This document shows, in pieces, positions 38,301 through 49,569 of a stretch of DNA of 64,000 nucleotides (positions are counted from its first letter, which is position 1; each line of letters opens with the position of its first letter). The notes below the pieces were generated by a model. That model did no database searches. It had not been told where the DNA came from and was given only the letters and a program-made list of their open reading frames with translations. The translations under genes were made by a program, and so were the position numbers. Source of the stretch: Lama guanicoe (Eukaryota); NCBI GenBank assembly GCA_013239625.1, contig MU053810.1:3111518-3175517 (forward strand). Direction: 5' to 3'.

Positions 38301-39796
38301 GCTCCACATCCCCACCAAGACTTAGTTTTTATGTCTTTTTTTAGTTTAGCTCTTCTGCTGGGTATAACAATGTGTGTGTTTTTAACATATTTTTTTATGG
38401 AGGTGAAATTCACATAACATAAAACCTTTTAAAAGTGAATAATTTAGTAGCACTTAGCACATTCACAATGTTCTCCAACCACCACTTTCATCTAGCCCTA
38501 AAACATTTCATTACCCCAGAAGGAAATTCTGTACCCATTAAATATTCATTCCCTATTCCCTGATTCTGCCCCGCCTGTCCATGGCAACCACCAATCTGCA
38601 TTCTGTCTCTATAGATTTACTTTTTCTGGATATTTCATATAAATGGAATCATACCAGATGTAACCTTTTGCTTCTGGCTTCTATCACCTAGCATAATGTT
38701 TTTAAAGTTCATTCACATTTATTCAGTACTTCATTTTTTCTATAGCAGAATAATATTCCATTGTGTATATATATACACCACAATTTGTTTATCTATGAAG
38801 TCACTGATGGACATTTAGGTTAGTTCCCCAATTGTGAACAGTGCTGCTATGTATATATGTGTACGCATATTCAGTTGAGTATCACTTTTTGATTCTTTTG
38901 GATAGGTATATATAATACCTAGGAGTGGAATTCCTGGGTCATATGGTAATTCTGTTTAACTTATTAGGGAACTGCTAAACTGTTTCCATTTTAGATTCCC
39001 ACCAGTAATGTACCAGGACTCCAATTTTTCCACATCCTTGGAAGAAAAATAACACAGTATTTTCTGGATTTTTAAAAGAATTATTATAGCCATAGCCATC
39101 CTAATGGGTATGAGCCACTTCATTGTGGGTTTGATACATTTCCCTAATGGCTAATGACGTTGAGCATCTTTTCATGTGCTCCTTGGCCATTTACATATCT
39201 TCTTTGGAAAAATGTCTATTCAAAGTCATTTGCCCATATTTTAATTGGATGGGTTGTCTTTTTGTTGTTAAGTTGTAAGAGTTCTTTCTATCTTGTGCAT
39301 ACTAGACCCTTACCAGATGTAAGATTTGTGAATATTTTCTTCCATTCTATAGGTTATCTTTTCACTTTCTTGATTGCATCCTTGGACATTAGCACAAAAG
39401 TTTTAAATTTCAATAAGACCCAATTTATCTATTTTTTCTTTTGCTGCTTACACTTTTCATGTCATTTCTAAGAATCCATTTCAAATCTAAGGCCATAAAT
39501 ATTTATCACTATGCTTTATTCTGAGAATTTTGTGATTTTAACTCTATATTTAGATTATTTTGATTAAATTTTTATATATGATGTGAAGTAGGGATCCAAC
39601 TTCCTTCCTTTGCATGTGGACCAGTTATGCCAGCACCATGTGTTGAGAAGAGTGTCCTTTCCCCATTGAATGGTCTTAGTACACTTGCTAAAAATCAGTT
39701 GACCATAGATGTGTGGGTTTATTTCTCAATTCTATTACATTGGTCTATATGTCTGTCCTTATGTCAATACCATACTGTTTTAGTTACTGTAGCTTT

Positions 39797-40188
39797 TTAT
39801 TGTCTTCATAATAAAACAAGATATGAATCTTAAAACTGGGTAACCTGACCCTTTCTTTCTTATCTCCTCCCAGCTCAAAATGCCTGCATCTCTTAATAGC
39901 CAACATTCTCTTAAATCTGCAGCTGGACTCAATGCATTCAAGCCTCAGCACAAAAATTTTTTTTTTTTTTGTAGTTTTAGCCTTTTCTGGAAAATTGGCT
40001 TGTTCTGCTCACTATAGCCACTCGGCTTCCTGTCATAATGCCACCCTCCCTAGGCATACGTAGAACCCTTGCCCTGCATGTACTGTGTCCCTTTGTGGGG
40101 TTGGTGCTTGCCACACTTCTTACAGGAAGTCCAGTGGGTTTTAGTGACCTTCACCGTGTTTGTGAGAGCACTATCAGGAAGGAAAGAC
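39797..40188 (-). pseudogene. RPL36A: RPL36A (60S ribosomal protein eL42) processed pseudogene
   Basis: Intronless; minus strand gives [55 protein letters not shown]...[31 protein letters not shown]...GQVTQF*, homologous to [59 protein letters not shown]>ACG at 40155-40157, internal TAG and frameshifts; 5' TOP-like CTTTCC; AATAAA; 16-bp TSD TAGTTACT(G/A)TAGCTTT at 39781-39796 and 40189-40204. Confidence 0.95.
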
Positions 40189-40621
40189 TAGTTACTATAG
40201 CTTTATAGTAAGTTTTGAAATTGGAATGTGTGAGACCTTCATCTTTGTTCTTTTAAAATGATTTTTTGGCTTTTAATATCCTCTTGCAATTCCATATGAA
40301 TTTAAGAATTGGCTTTTCGATTTCTGCAAAAATTATCATTGGAATGTTGATAGAAATTTCACTGAATCTGTAGATCACTTTGGGTAGGATTGCCATCTGA
40401 ACAATATTGAGTCTTTCATTCAGTGAACACAGGATATCTTTCCACATATTTAGATCTTCTTTAATTTCTTTAAGCAATGTTTCATAGTTTTCAGTGTACA
40501 AGGCTTTCATCTTCTTAGTTTATTCTAGGTTCTTTATTCTTTTGGATGCTCTTGAGAATGGAATTGTTTTCCTAATATCCTTGTCTGGCTGTTCACTGCT
40601 GGTGTATAGAAACACAACTGG

Positions 40622-40622
<1 letters not shown>

Positions 40623-40652
<30 letters not shown>
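40623..40652 (+). repeat. (TG)15 microsatellite
   Basis: 30 nt perfect TG repeat within L1. Confidence 0.97.
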
Positions 40653-40655
<3 letters not shown>

Positions 40656-41122
40656 ACAATGCACTTTTGTAACTCTGCTGAAATTTGTTTAATAGCTCTA
40701 GTTTTTGTTTTTCGGGTTTTTTTTTTTCTTTTTGCTACTGTCCTCGAGATTTTCTTTATATAGATTAGTGTCATCATGAGTAGAGGTAATTTTACTTCTT
40801 TCTTTCCAATTTGGATACCTTTTATTTATTTTTCTTGCCTGATATTTATGACCCTTTACCACGCTGAGAAAGTTCCCTTCTATTTCTTAGGTTTTAAAAA
40901 TGTTTTTATCATGAAAAGATTTTGTTAAATGCCTTCTCTATATATCAATTGAGATGATCATGTAGTGTTTACCTTCATCCTATTAATGCAGTATATTTTG
41001 TTGATTCATTTTCTTATGTTAAACCACGCTTGTATTCCTGGGATGTTTCTCACATTGTCACAGTGTATAATCCTTTTAATACATTGTTAGATTTGATTTG
41101 CTAGTATTCGTTGAGGATTTTT

Positions 41123-41279
41123 TTTTTAATATAGTTTTTTTTGGGGTTTTTTTTGGTGAGGGGAGGTAATTAGGTTTGTTTATTGTTTATTTATTCTTAG
41201 AGGAGGTACTGGGGGTTGAACCCAGGACCTCATGCACGCTAAGCGTGTGCTCTACCACTTGAGCTACACCCTCCCCGCC
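41123..41279 (-). mobile_element. tRNA-Ala-derived SINE (Vic-1 type) inside L1
   Basis: Minus strand GGGGAGGGTGTAGCTCAAGTGGTAGAGCACACGCTTAGCGTGCATGAGGTCCTGGGTTCAACCCCCAGTACCTCC; perfect 15-bp TSD TCGTTGAGGATTTTT at 41108-41122 and 41280-41294. Confidence 0.92.
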
Positions 41280-42714
41280 TCGTTGAGGATTTTTGAATCT
41301 ATATTTATAAGGAATATTGATCTGTAGTCTTCTTTGTGGTATCTTCGTCTGGCTCTAGTATCAGAGTGATACCGGCTTTATTGTATGAGCTTGTAAATGT
41401 TTCCTCGTCTGTTTTTCACAAGAGTTTGAAAATAACTGGTATTATTTCTTTTTTAAATGTTTGGTAGAACCAGTGTGGTTTTAATTTGTATTTCCCTATT
41501 GTCTAAAGAAGTTGGACATCTTTTCATAGGTTTGTTGGCCATATTTACATCATCTTTTGTGAAAGTCTGTTCAAGTCTTTTGTCTATTTCCTACCGGTAT
41601 TCTGTTCTCTTCTTGACTTGTAGAAGTTTTTATATAATTTGTATGAGTCCTTTGTCAATATGTGTATTGTTTTGTCTTCTCCCACTCTAATTTGCCTTTT
41701 CATTCTCTTAAGGATGTCTTTTGATGAACAACATTCTTAATTTTAATATAGTCCTATTTGTTATTTCTTCCTTCTGTGGTTAGCCCTATTTGTGTTGTGG
41801 TTAAATCATTTTTGCCTACTCTGTCATAAACATTTCTCCCATGCTTTCTTCTAAAAGCTCTGTATTTTTACCTTCCACATGCAATCTACCTGGAACTTAT
41901 TATTGTGTAAGATGTGAGGCAAGAGTTAAGGTTTTTTCTTTTTTTTTTCCACTTAGGTACCCAACTGGCCCAGCACCAATCCTTTCCTTAGTGGCCTGCA
42001 GCATCACCTTTGTCATAAATCAGGTAACTGTGTATGTTTGGGTTTTTTCCTTAATTCTTTTCTTCTGTTCATTGTGGTGATTTGTCTATCTATGCATGAA
42101 TATCACATTGTCCTAATTACTGTAACATTATAAGTCCTAGTATCTGACAGGCAAAGTCCTCCAACCTTGTTCTTTAAGATTGCCTTGGGTATTCCTCACC
42201 ATCTGCATTTCCATTTGAATATGAGTCAGCTTCTCAATTTCTACAAAGCAAAAAGGAAAAGCCTACTGGAATTTTGACTGGGAGTGTGTTGTTGCATAGG
42301 GCTTTGGAAGCTGAAAAAAAAAAAAAAGAAAGGATACATCTAGAATTGGGGGGAAAGATCAGAAGAAACATTGTTTATTCAATAAATATTTACTTAAAAA
42401 ATAAATGTTTGTTCGGTGCCTGATTTTGGTCATGCCTTTTGTGAGGAGTGGAATATGTGGAGATACAGTGGTAAAGAAAACACAGTATCTACAGTTACGG
42501 AGCCGTCTAGTGGTTCTCTGAATTCCGCACTGAGACCCTCCATAGAATTGATGCAGTCGGTGTTTTGCTTTTAAATCATGCCAGTTTTATAATAGGTGAG
42601 ATTAGACACCTGCTGAGGCATATTATGATCATTTGTAAATGTATTCCTGATAAAACTAAGTGCTTTCCAAATCCTCAAGACATTTCACTTAAGAAATAGA
42701 AAGCTCAGAGTTTA

Positions 42715-42940
42715 CTGAGTTCTTAATATGTGCTACTGAGTACTTTAACAGATTTTATTTAATTCTCATGACAACATCACCAACAATGAGGTAAATATTA
42801 TTATCTTCACTTTTAGAGATGAAGAAACTGAGGCTTAAAGAGGTTGAGTAATTTGCCCAAAGTCACACAACAAGTATATTACAGATCTAGGGTCGGAATC
42901 TAGATCTTCCTAATTCCAAAGCCAGTGCTCTTACCCACCA
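42715..42940 (-). mobile_element. MIR SINE
   Basis: taattctcatgacaac...gaggtaaatattattatcttcacttttagagatgaagaaactgaggcttaaagaggttgagtaatttgcccaaagtcacaca (MIR core). Confidence 0.9.
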
Positions 42941-43149
42941 TACATCAAAACTAGAAATAATGTAACATGACTTACCTCTATGATTTAATTTCTTGCAGCA
43001 TGTCTGCATGTGCAGTGTTACAACAGGAGAGCCACAATACGAATGGAGTCTCAAACAAAGACAGACAAATATGAATGTGCTGGTGTTTCTGCAGTGCTCC
43101 ATGGGGAGTTGGGCGTCAGGGGAGACAAAATATCTAGAGCCGCAGGGAA

Positions 43150-44950
43150 GCTGGGATTTGTTATCTGGCCAGGATGGAGCTGAATGGAGTAACAATACAG
43201 GCAGTTTTGAAGGACCGGACTTTGGTATTACGTGGAGCAGTGAACTATGGTCACCTGGCAGGAAGTGCTACTTCACACAAGGCACTGAGAAACCCAAGGT
43301 CTGTTCCCAAGAAACAGCATGAAAGATGCAAAGAATTCAAAGCCTTCGGGGTAAAACAGGTGCTTCTAATGGTACTGGAGAGCTTAAAGAAAGAAAATGG
43401 ATCATAGTGAGGACTCAAACGAGGCACTGTCTATGATTATTCTTAAAGAATCTGTTATCTTTTGTGCAGCAGGGTTAATAGAACCCCAAATAAATTCCTG
43501 AAAATCAAACATCCGCTTAGGTCTTGTTGTGAGTTGTCTAATTTCAGTATCAGGTGAGGTATACCAGCCTCACCAGATTCCTCATGTTCAAGTGAAGGCA
43601 CTGAATAAAACAGCTCAGAATATACAGAAACGCCAGCTCCATGGAGTTTCCCTTGCAGCTGAAGTGGGTAAGACCCTTCTTGCCTTGCTTGAAGACTCTG
43701 TAAAGACCTGGCCTGACTAGAATACTTTCTTCATAACTTACCTCCTCCACCCATCATTCTTTCTGTCTGTCTATCTATAGAGTTACATCTATATGTATGT
43801 GCGAGTATGTGTGTATATAACTATATGGTTACACATATATATATATAACTACAGAAGTAACTATATATGTAGTATATGAAATACATATATTGGTATATAG
43901 AATACATAGAATATAACATGTATTATATTATATACATCCCAGCATGTCTTGGAGGAGATAGGCTATAATAACAAAATCCAGTAAGACAGATACTAACTAT
44001 ACATCACAAGAATTGTAGGATTATGCTAATTTATATTGGTAGACTTTGGAAATGGATTCTGAGGGTGTTATGTTAATACTAGGGCACAGAATTTTAGGTC
44101 AGACTGTATTTACGGATGCACTGATACAAGCAGCTGGGAATGGGTCTAATTTTTTTTTTCAATTAGTTGACTGAAACCTGGCTAAGTAGAGTTGAGATAC
44201 CAGAAATTCCTTGATATAATGTCAAGGAAACAATCCAAGCAGGGAGATAAAAGTGTTGGAGTGAAAAAAAGGCAAAAGAAAAAACGCTGGAGTGGATTGA
44301 TCTCACAGAGGCTGTTTGTTCTCCCATCTTCCTGTGTCCCCTTAGAGGGTCGAGAGACACCCCTTGGTGAGGGGGCACCGACATTGAGAAACAAGTGAAT
44401 GAACATTGTTCTGGCAATTCGATTGTAGCCTAGGGATGTGATGGCTGGAAATGGGCTCCTGATTTCATTCCCCAGTGAACTCACATTGAGAACACTGAGG
44501 TCCCAGGGTAGTACCACCAAGGCAAGGTGTGTGTGGCAGCAGAATGGGGGTGGTAAATAGAACGAACCCTACAAGGATCTTTGTTAGTGCCTATTTGAGT
44601 ATTCGGTCCCTAGAACAAAATAGATGGTCAGCCATTAAGGGCCCACTTGATCTAAATAACCAAAACCTTCTGACTCTGGTGAACAGAGACTTACTCTGAG
44701 CCCTGGCAGTGGAGACTCAGAGCCTGATTCCTAGCTCCTGAGTCAGTTCAGTGACCCAGAGTGCCTGCATTAGGGGGAGGTGGGGACCCATGCAAAACCA
44801 CACACGTATGTCCTGTGACTCTTCCTCCTGGACTTTTCCAAAAGTACCTACAAGTCATTATATCAGGAGAAGAGTACACAGTAAAGGTAAACACCTAGAT
44901 GTTTGGGAGATTATTGAAAACTGGCTCAGAACTAACTCTAATTCCTGAAT
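43150..44950 (+). mobile_element. Decayed class III ERV (ERVL) internal region: gag and start of protease
   Basis: Fragments VLLMVLESLKKEN, QPHQIPHVQVKAL, WKWILRV (44047-44067) and LLKTGSELTLIPE (44911-44949) resemble ERVL Gag (WLLLxSLDKxxKEN, QPRxVSxVKVRAL, WEWILRV) and protease (LLDTGSELTLIP); many stops and frameshifts. Confidence 0.8.
43765..43935. repeat. TA-rich low-complexity/degenerate (TA)n tract
   Basis: tatatgtatg...catatatatatatataac...atatacat. Confidence 0.75.
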
Positions 44951-45004
44951 GAAACCGGTTTACAGGATAGAAAGAGATTGCTCCCTTGCTTCCTTTAATC
45001 TTAG

Positions 45005-45290
45005 CTGAAATACAGCCTTCCCTGAGCACCCTATTTAAAATACAAACACCGCCCCCTTCTAGAATTCACTATCCCCTTTCCTTGACTTATTTTTGGCTCC
45101 ATAGAATTTGTTGCCTTCTAATGTACTATATTATTTAACTAGCTTACTGTCTGCTTCCTTCATTTAGAACATTAGCTCCATGAAGGTAAGGGTTATTGTC
45201 TGTTTTGTTCCTTGCAGCTGGAACATGCAGCTGGAACAATGCCTTGCATAGGATTGACACATATAATGTAGTTACTGAGTAAATAAAAAT
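45005..45290 (+). mobile_element. L2 3' end
   Basis: gccttccctgagcaccctatttaaaat...agctccatgaaggtaaggg...tctgttttgttc...ctggaacaatgccttgcatagg. Confidence 0.75.
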
Positions 45291-45587
45291 GAGAAATGAT
45301 GTTTTGCTCTATGGAGGAAAATCATAGCATCTACCCTGGCCTGATGACTCATGATATAAACAAGGACTATTCTCTTCTTTCCAAAGTCAAGTACATACCT
45401 GCACATTTTAACTAAGTTTCAATTTCTCCCTAGGTCTCCTCCCCCCACTATTTTATATAGGGTCCAAATTAATCTCGTGATTAATTTTACAGCTGTTACC
45501 AATGGGACTTTGGGTTGGCCACTTTGGGAAAGGAGGTGAACACATTTTTCATTGTCCTAGAGTTTACTCCTTATGTTGATTAGAATC

Positions 45588-45677
45588 ATTTCTTTCCTTC
45601 TGAGATTCCTCTTCTGTCTCTCCCTCCTTCCTTTTCTTCCTTCCTTCCTTTTTTTTTTTCTCCCTTTCTTCCTTCCA
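45588..45677. repeat. CT-rich simple repeat, (CTTC)n-like
   Basis: tccttccttttcttccttccttcct...ttctccttcc. Confidence 0.7.
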
Positions 45678-46160
45678 TTTTTGGAAGTTTAAGTATGGGA
45701 AGAAGATTGTATGCTGATATTAGGCAGCCAAAAGGGTGAAATATAGAACTATGCAGACACTTACTACTCTTTTTTGCCACCCAGTATCTGAACTCCTCTG
45801 TTTTTGTAGAACCCATCACTTTACGAGGCAGAATCCGCCACCTATTAAGCTTACAATATGAAATAATCCTTTTTTTTTTTAGATTCCTTGAACCTAAGTG
45901 AGAGCTGTCAATCAGTTGTATCTATCAAGTTCAAAGTCTTAGGAACCAGCAACACAAAAACATAAGGATCACTGTGCTGTGGTGACAGATGCCAGCTGTG
46001 GCTGTTTCCTGAACCAACAAAGGGCACTAATTCTACCAGTAGCTTCCTGTGCCCAACTAGTGACAGCGTCTGTGCCCAGCTATCTTGTGTGCCATCAGCT
46101 CTTCTGTGTGAGTGCTGTGGGTGATCTGGGGTGCTGTTTCCTGGCTGGGTGGCCACCAAG

Positions 46161-46640
46161 CAGTGGTGTGCTACAGCCAGCTTGTAAAAGGCGATTGCTA
46201 CATTTTCAGGAATTTTGTGAGCCAGTCATTAAATGTAATACTAAATATTAAATCATGTAACCTTACAACTAAATATATATAAACAAAGATAATAAACTCA
46301 AAACTCATCATTTCCTGATCGTTTTACTGTATTTTGCTGTTATGTATGGACTTAATGTTATTTACATTTATGGCATCTGTATTGTACACTTCTTCCCAAT
46401 TCTGTGTTCAGTGACGTCACACTGAGAGCTTGGACATCAGCCATCACAGGAGTATTTACATCACAGAAATTGGCAAACACTGCAAATCATGGACTGATTT
46501 ACTATTTTGTTGATTGTCTAGAGTTTAAGAGATGGAAAAATGTTAGTAATATAAATTAAACTTAAAAATGTGTCATGTCTATAATCATTATTTGTAAATA
46601 GCATAGAAATTAAGAAAACATTTTTTTCCCCCAGAAAGCT
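46161..46640 (+). mobile_element. MER63-type hAT-Blackjack DNA transposon
   Basis: Starts cagtggtgtgct; contains ttttcaggaattttgtgagccag, aaactcaaaactcatcatttcct, gttcagtgacgtcac and ttttgttgattgtctaga as in the recalled MER63 consensus. Confidence 0.8.
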
Positions 46641-46707
46641 GGTTCCACTTCCCAAAAGCTTCATTCTCTGATCTTCCCAGAGATTCTGAGAGCAATCTAT
46701 TATCCTT

Positions 46708-46844
46708 TTTAAAATTGAATTATCGTTGATTTATAATACTGTGTTAATTTCTCATGTACAACACAGTGATTCAGCTATATGTATATATTCCTTTTCATAT
46801 TCTTTTTTCATTATAGGCTATTACAAGGTATTCAATATAGTTCC
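46708..46844 (-). mobile_element. Short L1 3' tail (artiodactyl-type)
   Basis: ttgatttataatactgtgttaatttc...cagtgattcag...cattataggctattacaaggtattcaatatagttccc; 11-bp TSD CTAT(T/A)ATCCTT at 46697-46707 and 46845-46855. Confidence 0.75.
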
Positions 46845-47614
46845 CTATAATCCTTAAAAAAGTCTTTTTCTGAAGAAATCAGAGTACATTTCTAGGGACT
46901 AAGAAAACTGATGAATGCACTCCTCTATCTGTAACAGGACAGTATCTTTTCAGTAGGATGTAACAAAAATCTCTACAATGAGCCTACAACATTCAAGGGA
47001 GAGCAGGACTCTGCCCTTCCTTCTGAAGCTTAGCCTGAGCTTCTCACAAGAACATCTCAACCCTTTGGGCAGTATTCAATTCCTACTTAAAACTGTTCAT
47101 CTTTGTATGTTCCAATTTAGTGGTAACATCTCTTCCACATACTATAACATACCTAGTGTCCCTCAATGCAAGTTTATATTCTGATGTGGGACTATTTTGC
47201 AGTTTTTTGAGGAACCTAGCTACTCTATTAAAAGTCATAAGCATTTATTAAGTACTTATGATTTGCAAAATACTGTGGCAGCAGCTGTTGAAGAATAAAG
47301 AGAAAATTTTGTGTGGTCCTTGAAGAACATTATCCCTCAGTTCTAGAAATGACATATACACAATGGCTGTAATTCAAAATGGAATGTGTTAGGAAACACA
47401 AAAGGAGTTCAAATTGCTGTGAAACCTACCAATTTCAGCAAGAAAATGACTAAGCAATCACACCACCCATAACAATAAGCCAAGCTTCATAATGAGTGCC
47501 ATCCAAATAAAAATCGTAACTGGTTTTTTGTTTTGTTTTGTTTCTTCAGTATGAGAGGAAGCAGCCAGACTGACCTGGGCTTGGGAATCTACGCAGAAAT
47601 TTACTTGCTGTTAA

Positions 47615-48200
47615 TTAACCAGTTAATAGTTCAATCAGGGAAGCAGACACAAGGAGCGATACGGAATAAGGGGCTCATTATAGGGATTAGACATTACACA
47701 ATGATGGGAAAAGACGTGATGGTCAAGGTCAACGAAGGAGGAGGTAGTTGGAGGATCAAATAAGGTCGCTAACCTGGGAGCATGAATGCGAGCCTGTGAA
47801 GGGCTCCCTGGAGGGCTGACTCCCCTGCGGGTGGCCCCGAAGTCAGCTGCCTGCAGAGCAGCAGGGCGGGCTATCTTAGGAAACCTGGACACCAATGGGT
47901 GGAAGGCAAGCATGCCAGCTCTTGGGAGCACAGCATGCTGGCTTTATTCCGTCTCTCACTGCAGCGGGTCTGGCCAGGATTGAGAGCACCTGCAGTCGGA
48001 GATGGGCAGGCGCCAAGGGAGCTGCTGTCCCAAGCCAACAAGATGAACCAACCGGCGGCTGTTGGGAGGATAAGGGCTGTGCTTCAAGCCCACCTTCCAA
48101 ACCTGGCACAGACTCTCCTGTGGCCAGCTTTAGTTAGACAGGGACAGTGCAAGCCAAAGAACTTGGAGGAACAAATTCCAGCTTAGCTAACTGACACAGT
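47615..48200 (-). mobile_element. ERVL-class solo LTR (LTR40/LTR41-like)
   Basis: gttcaatcagggaagcaga...attatagggattaga...ttacacaatgatggga start and ttccagcttagctaactgacaca end. Confidence 0.6.
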
Positions 48201-48237
48201 ATTGGACCACCATACTATGTTACTCAAGTTAGAGACT

Positions 48238-48365
48238 AAAACCCTCTTAGCCTCAGTTTCCTCATCTGTGAAAAGGGAATAATAGCATTTACTTGAGACA
48301 GCTGTCCTGAGGATGCATATCTTAAGGTAGAGTTCATAGTACCTAGCATATAATCTATAATATTG
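48238..48365 (+). mobile_element. MIR fragment
   Basis: ctcttagcctcagtttcctcatctgtgaaaagggaataatagc (MIR core). Confidence 0.8.
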
Positions 48366-48802
48366 TTTATCCCGTAAAACAAATTATTTTTAAGGCCTTT
48401 AATACCAGTTTTATAGTATATCTATTTTTCAAAATACCCTCTTTTGATAAGATTATCTAGGTGATTCACTATTTTTAAGAGAAATGACACTTAATTTTCT
48501 TGAAATATATTTTAATATTATATGTCATTTTCTATGATTAAAAGTGATTTTATTATTGACAGCAAAACTCATATGCAGTTAACTTTTGTATTTATGGCTC
48601 CAAATTTGAAAATAGGCATACAATTTGGCTATATTGACATAGGATTAAGTCACCAATAGCCTGGTCCTCAACCTATACTGACTGGAATTTTTAGATCTCT
48701 CCAAAAAATTTATGATCCTTTCTAGATGCTTTTTTTTTTTTTGAGGCCCTTGGGACCAGTGCCCACAATGATATCAAAGTTCTCAGATCCTAGAGCCCTA
48801 GG

Positions 48803-48992
48803 ATGGTTGTCAGATTTAGCAATAAAAGTATAGGATGCCCAATTAAACTCAAACATATGATAAACAATGAATAATTTTTAATATAAGTATGTCCAATGCA
48901 ATATTTGGGACAAATATATCAAAAAAAATCATTCCTTATTCATCAGAAATTCTAAGTTAACTCAGTATTCTACATTTTATACAGCAACCTGA
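48803..48992. mobile_element. MER53 palindromic hAT MITE
   Basis: ggttgtcagatttagcaataaaagtataggatgcccaattaaa...taagtatgtccaatgcaatatttgggaca...ttttatacagcaacct: inverted arms around a central loop, as in MER53. Confidence 0.85.
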
Positions 48993-49059
48993 TCTGACTC
49001 TCCATTCCTTTGGAGGCGCCCTGACCTCACTAATCCAGTAATCTATTCTACTGTCATAT

Positions 49060-49510
49060 CTTTTCATGCTATATTTGCTGTCAGTTCCCACAGCAGCTCA
49101 CTTCACCCTCAATATATCCCAAGATGAAGCACGACCTTAACTCCTAATATGACTACCCTTTCTATCGAGTCACGTCTGCCAGTACCATTGGGATTCTTCT
49201 CAACTCCTCAGATAAGAATCTTGGGTTCACTTTTGAGTGCCCCTCTCCATCTATGCCTCCTTCCAGACATGACTAAGTTCTGTCTATTCTTTCTAGAAGG
49301 TGACTTCCAAGTGCTCCTTTCCTCCTCATTTTCACTGCCACCACCTCTGCCCTTTACTCTCATCGACTAGTCTCCTTAACTCCAGTCTCCTCCTTTGATC
49401 CTGTCTGAATCCTACTCATCGTCCTCCAACACTGCTATTTCACTGTTCTGTGCTGCTCAAGAACTTATAACAGCTTGCTACTGTCTATTGTATTAAGTTC
49501 TATAACTCTT
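49060..49510 (+). mobile_element. L2 fragment
   Basis: cagctcacttcaccctcaatatatcccaagatgaa...aagaatcttgggttcacttttgagt...gactagtctccttaactccagtctc. Confidence 0.55.
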
Positions 49511-49569
49511 GTAAAATCTTTTGCTCTTTGAAGAACAATGTTAAGAAAATGAAAGACAAGTGGCAATTC

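Larger units (their letters stand above)
37680..42295 (-). mobile_element. Nested L1 complex: outer L1M (about 37680-38375 plus 41470-42295) interrupted by an inner L1MA/MB-like copy (about 38385-41470)
   Basis: Two antisense L1 3' ends (37680 and 38385). The outer element resumes at gtgtggttttaatttgtatttccct (about 41473). The inner ORF2 translates [26 protein letters not shown]...[11 protein letters not shown] (40253-40510). Confidence 0.85.

Noticed and set aside
41205..41279. tRNA-Ala(AGC)-like cloverleaf (also at about 26845-26915 and 34416-34480)
   Set aside because: These are SINE heads with A-tails and TSDs and carry substitutions relative to true tRNA-Ala; not tRNA genes
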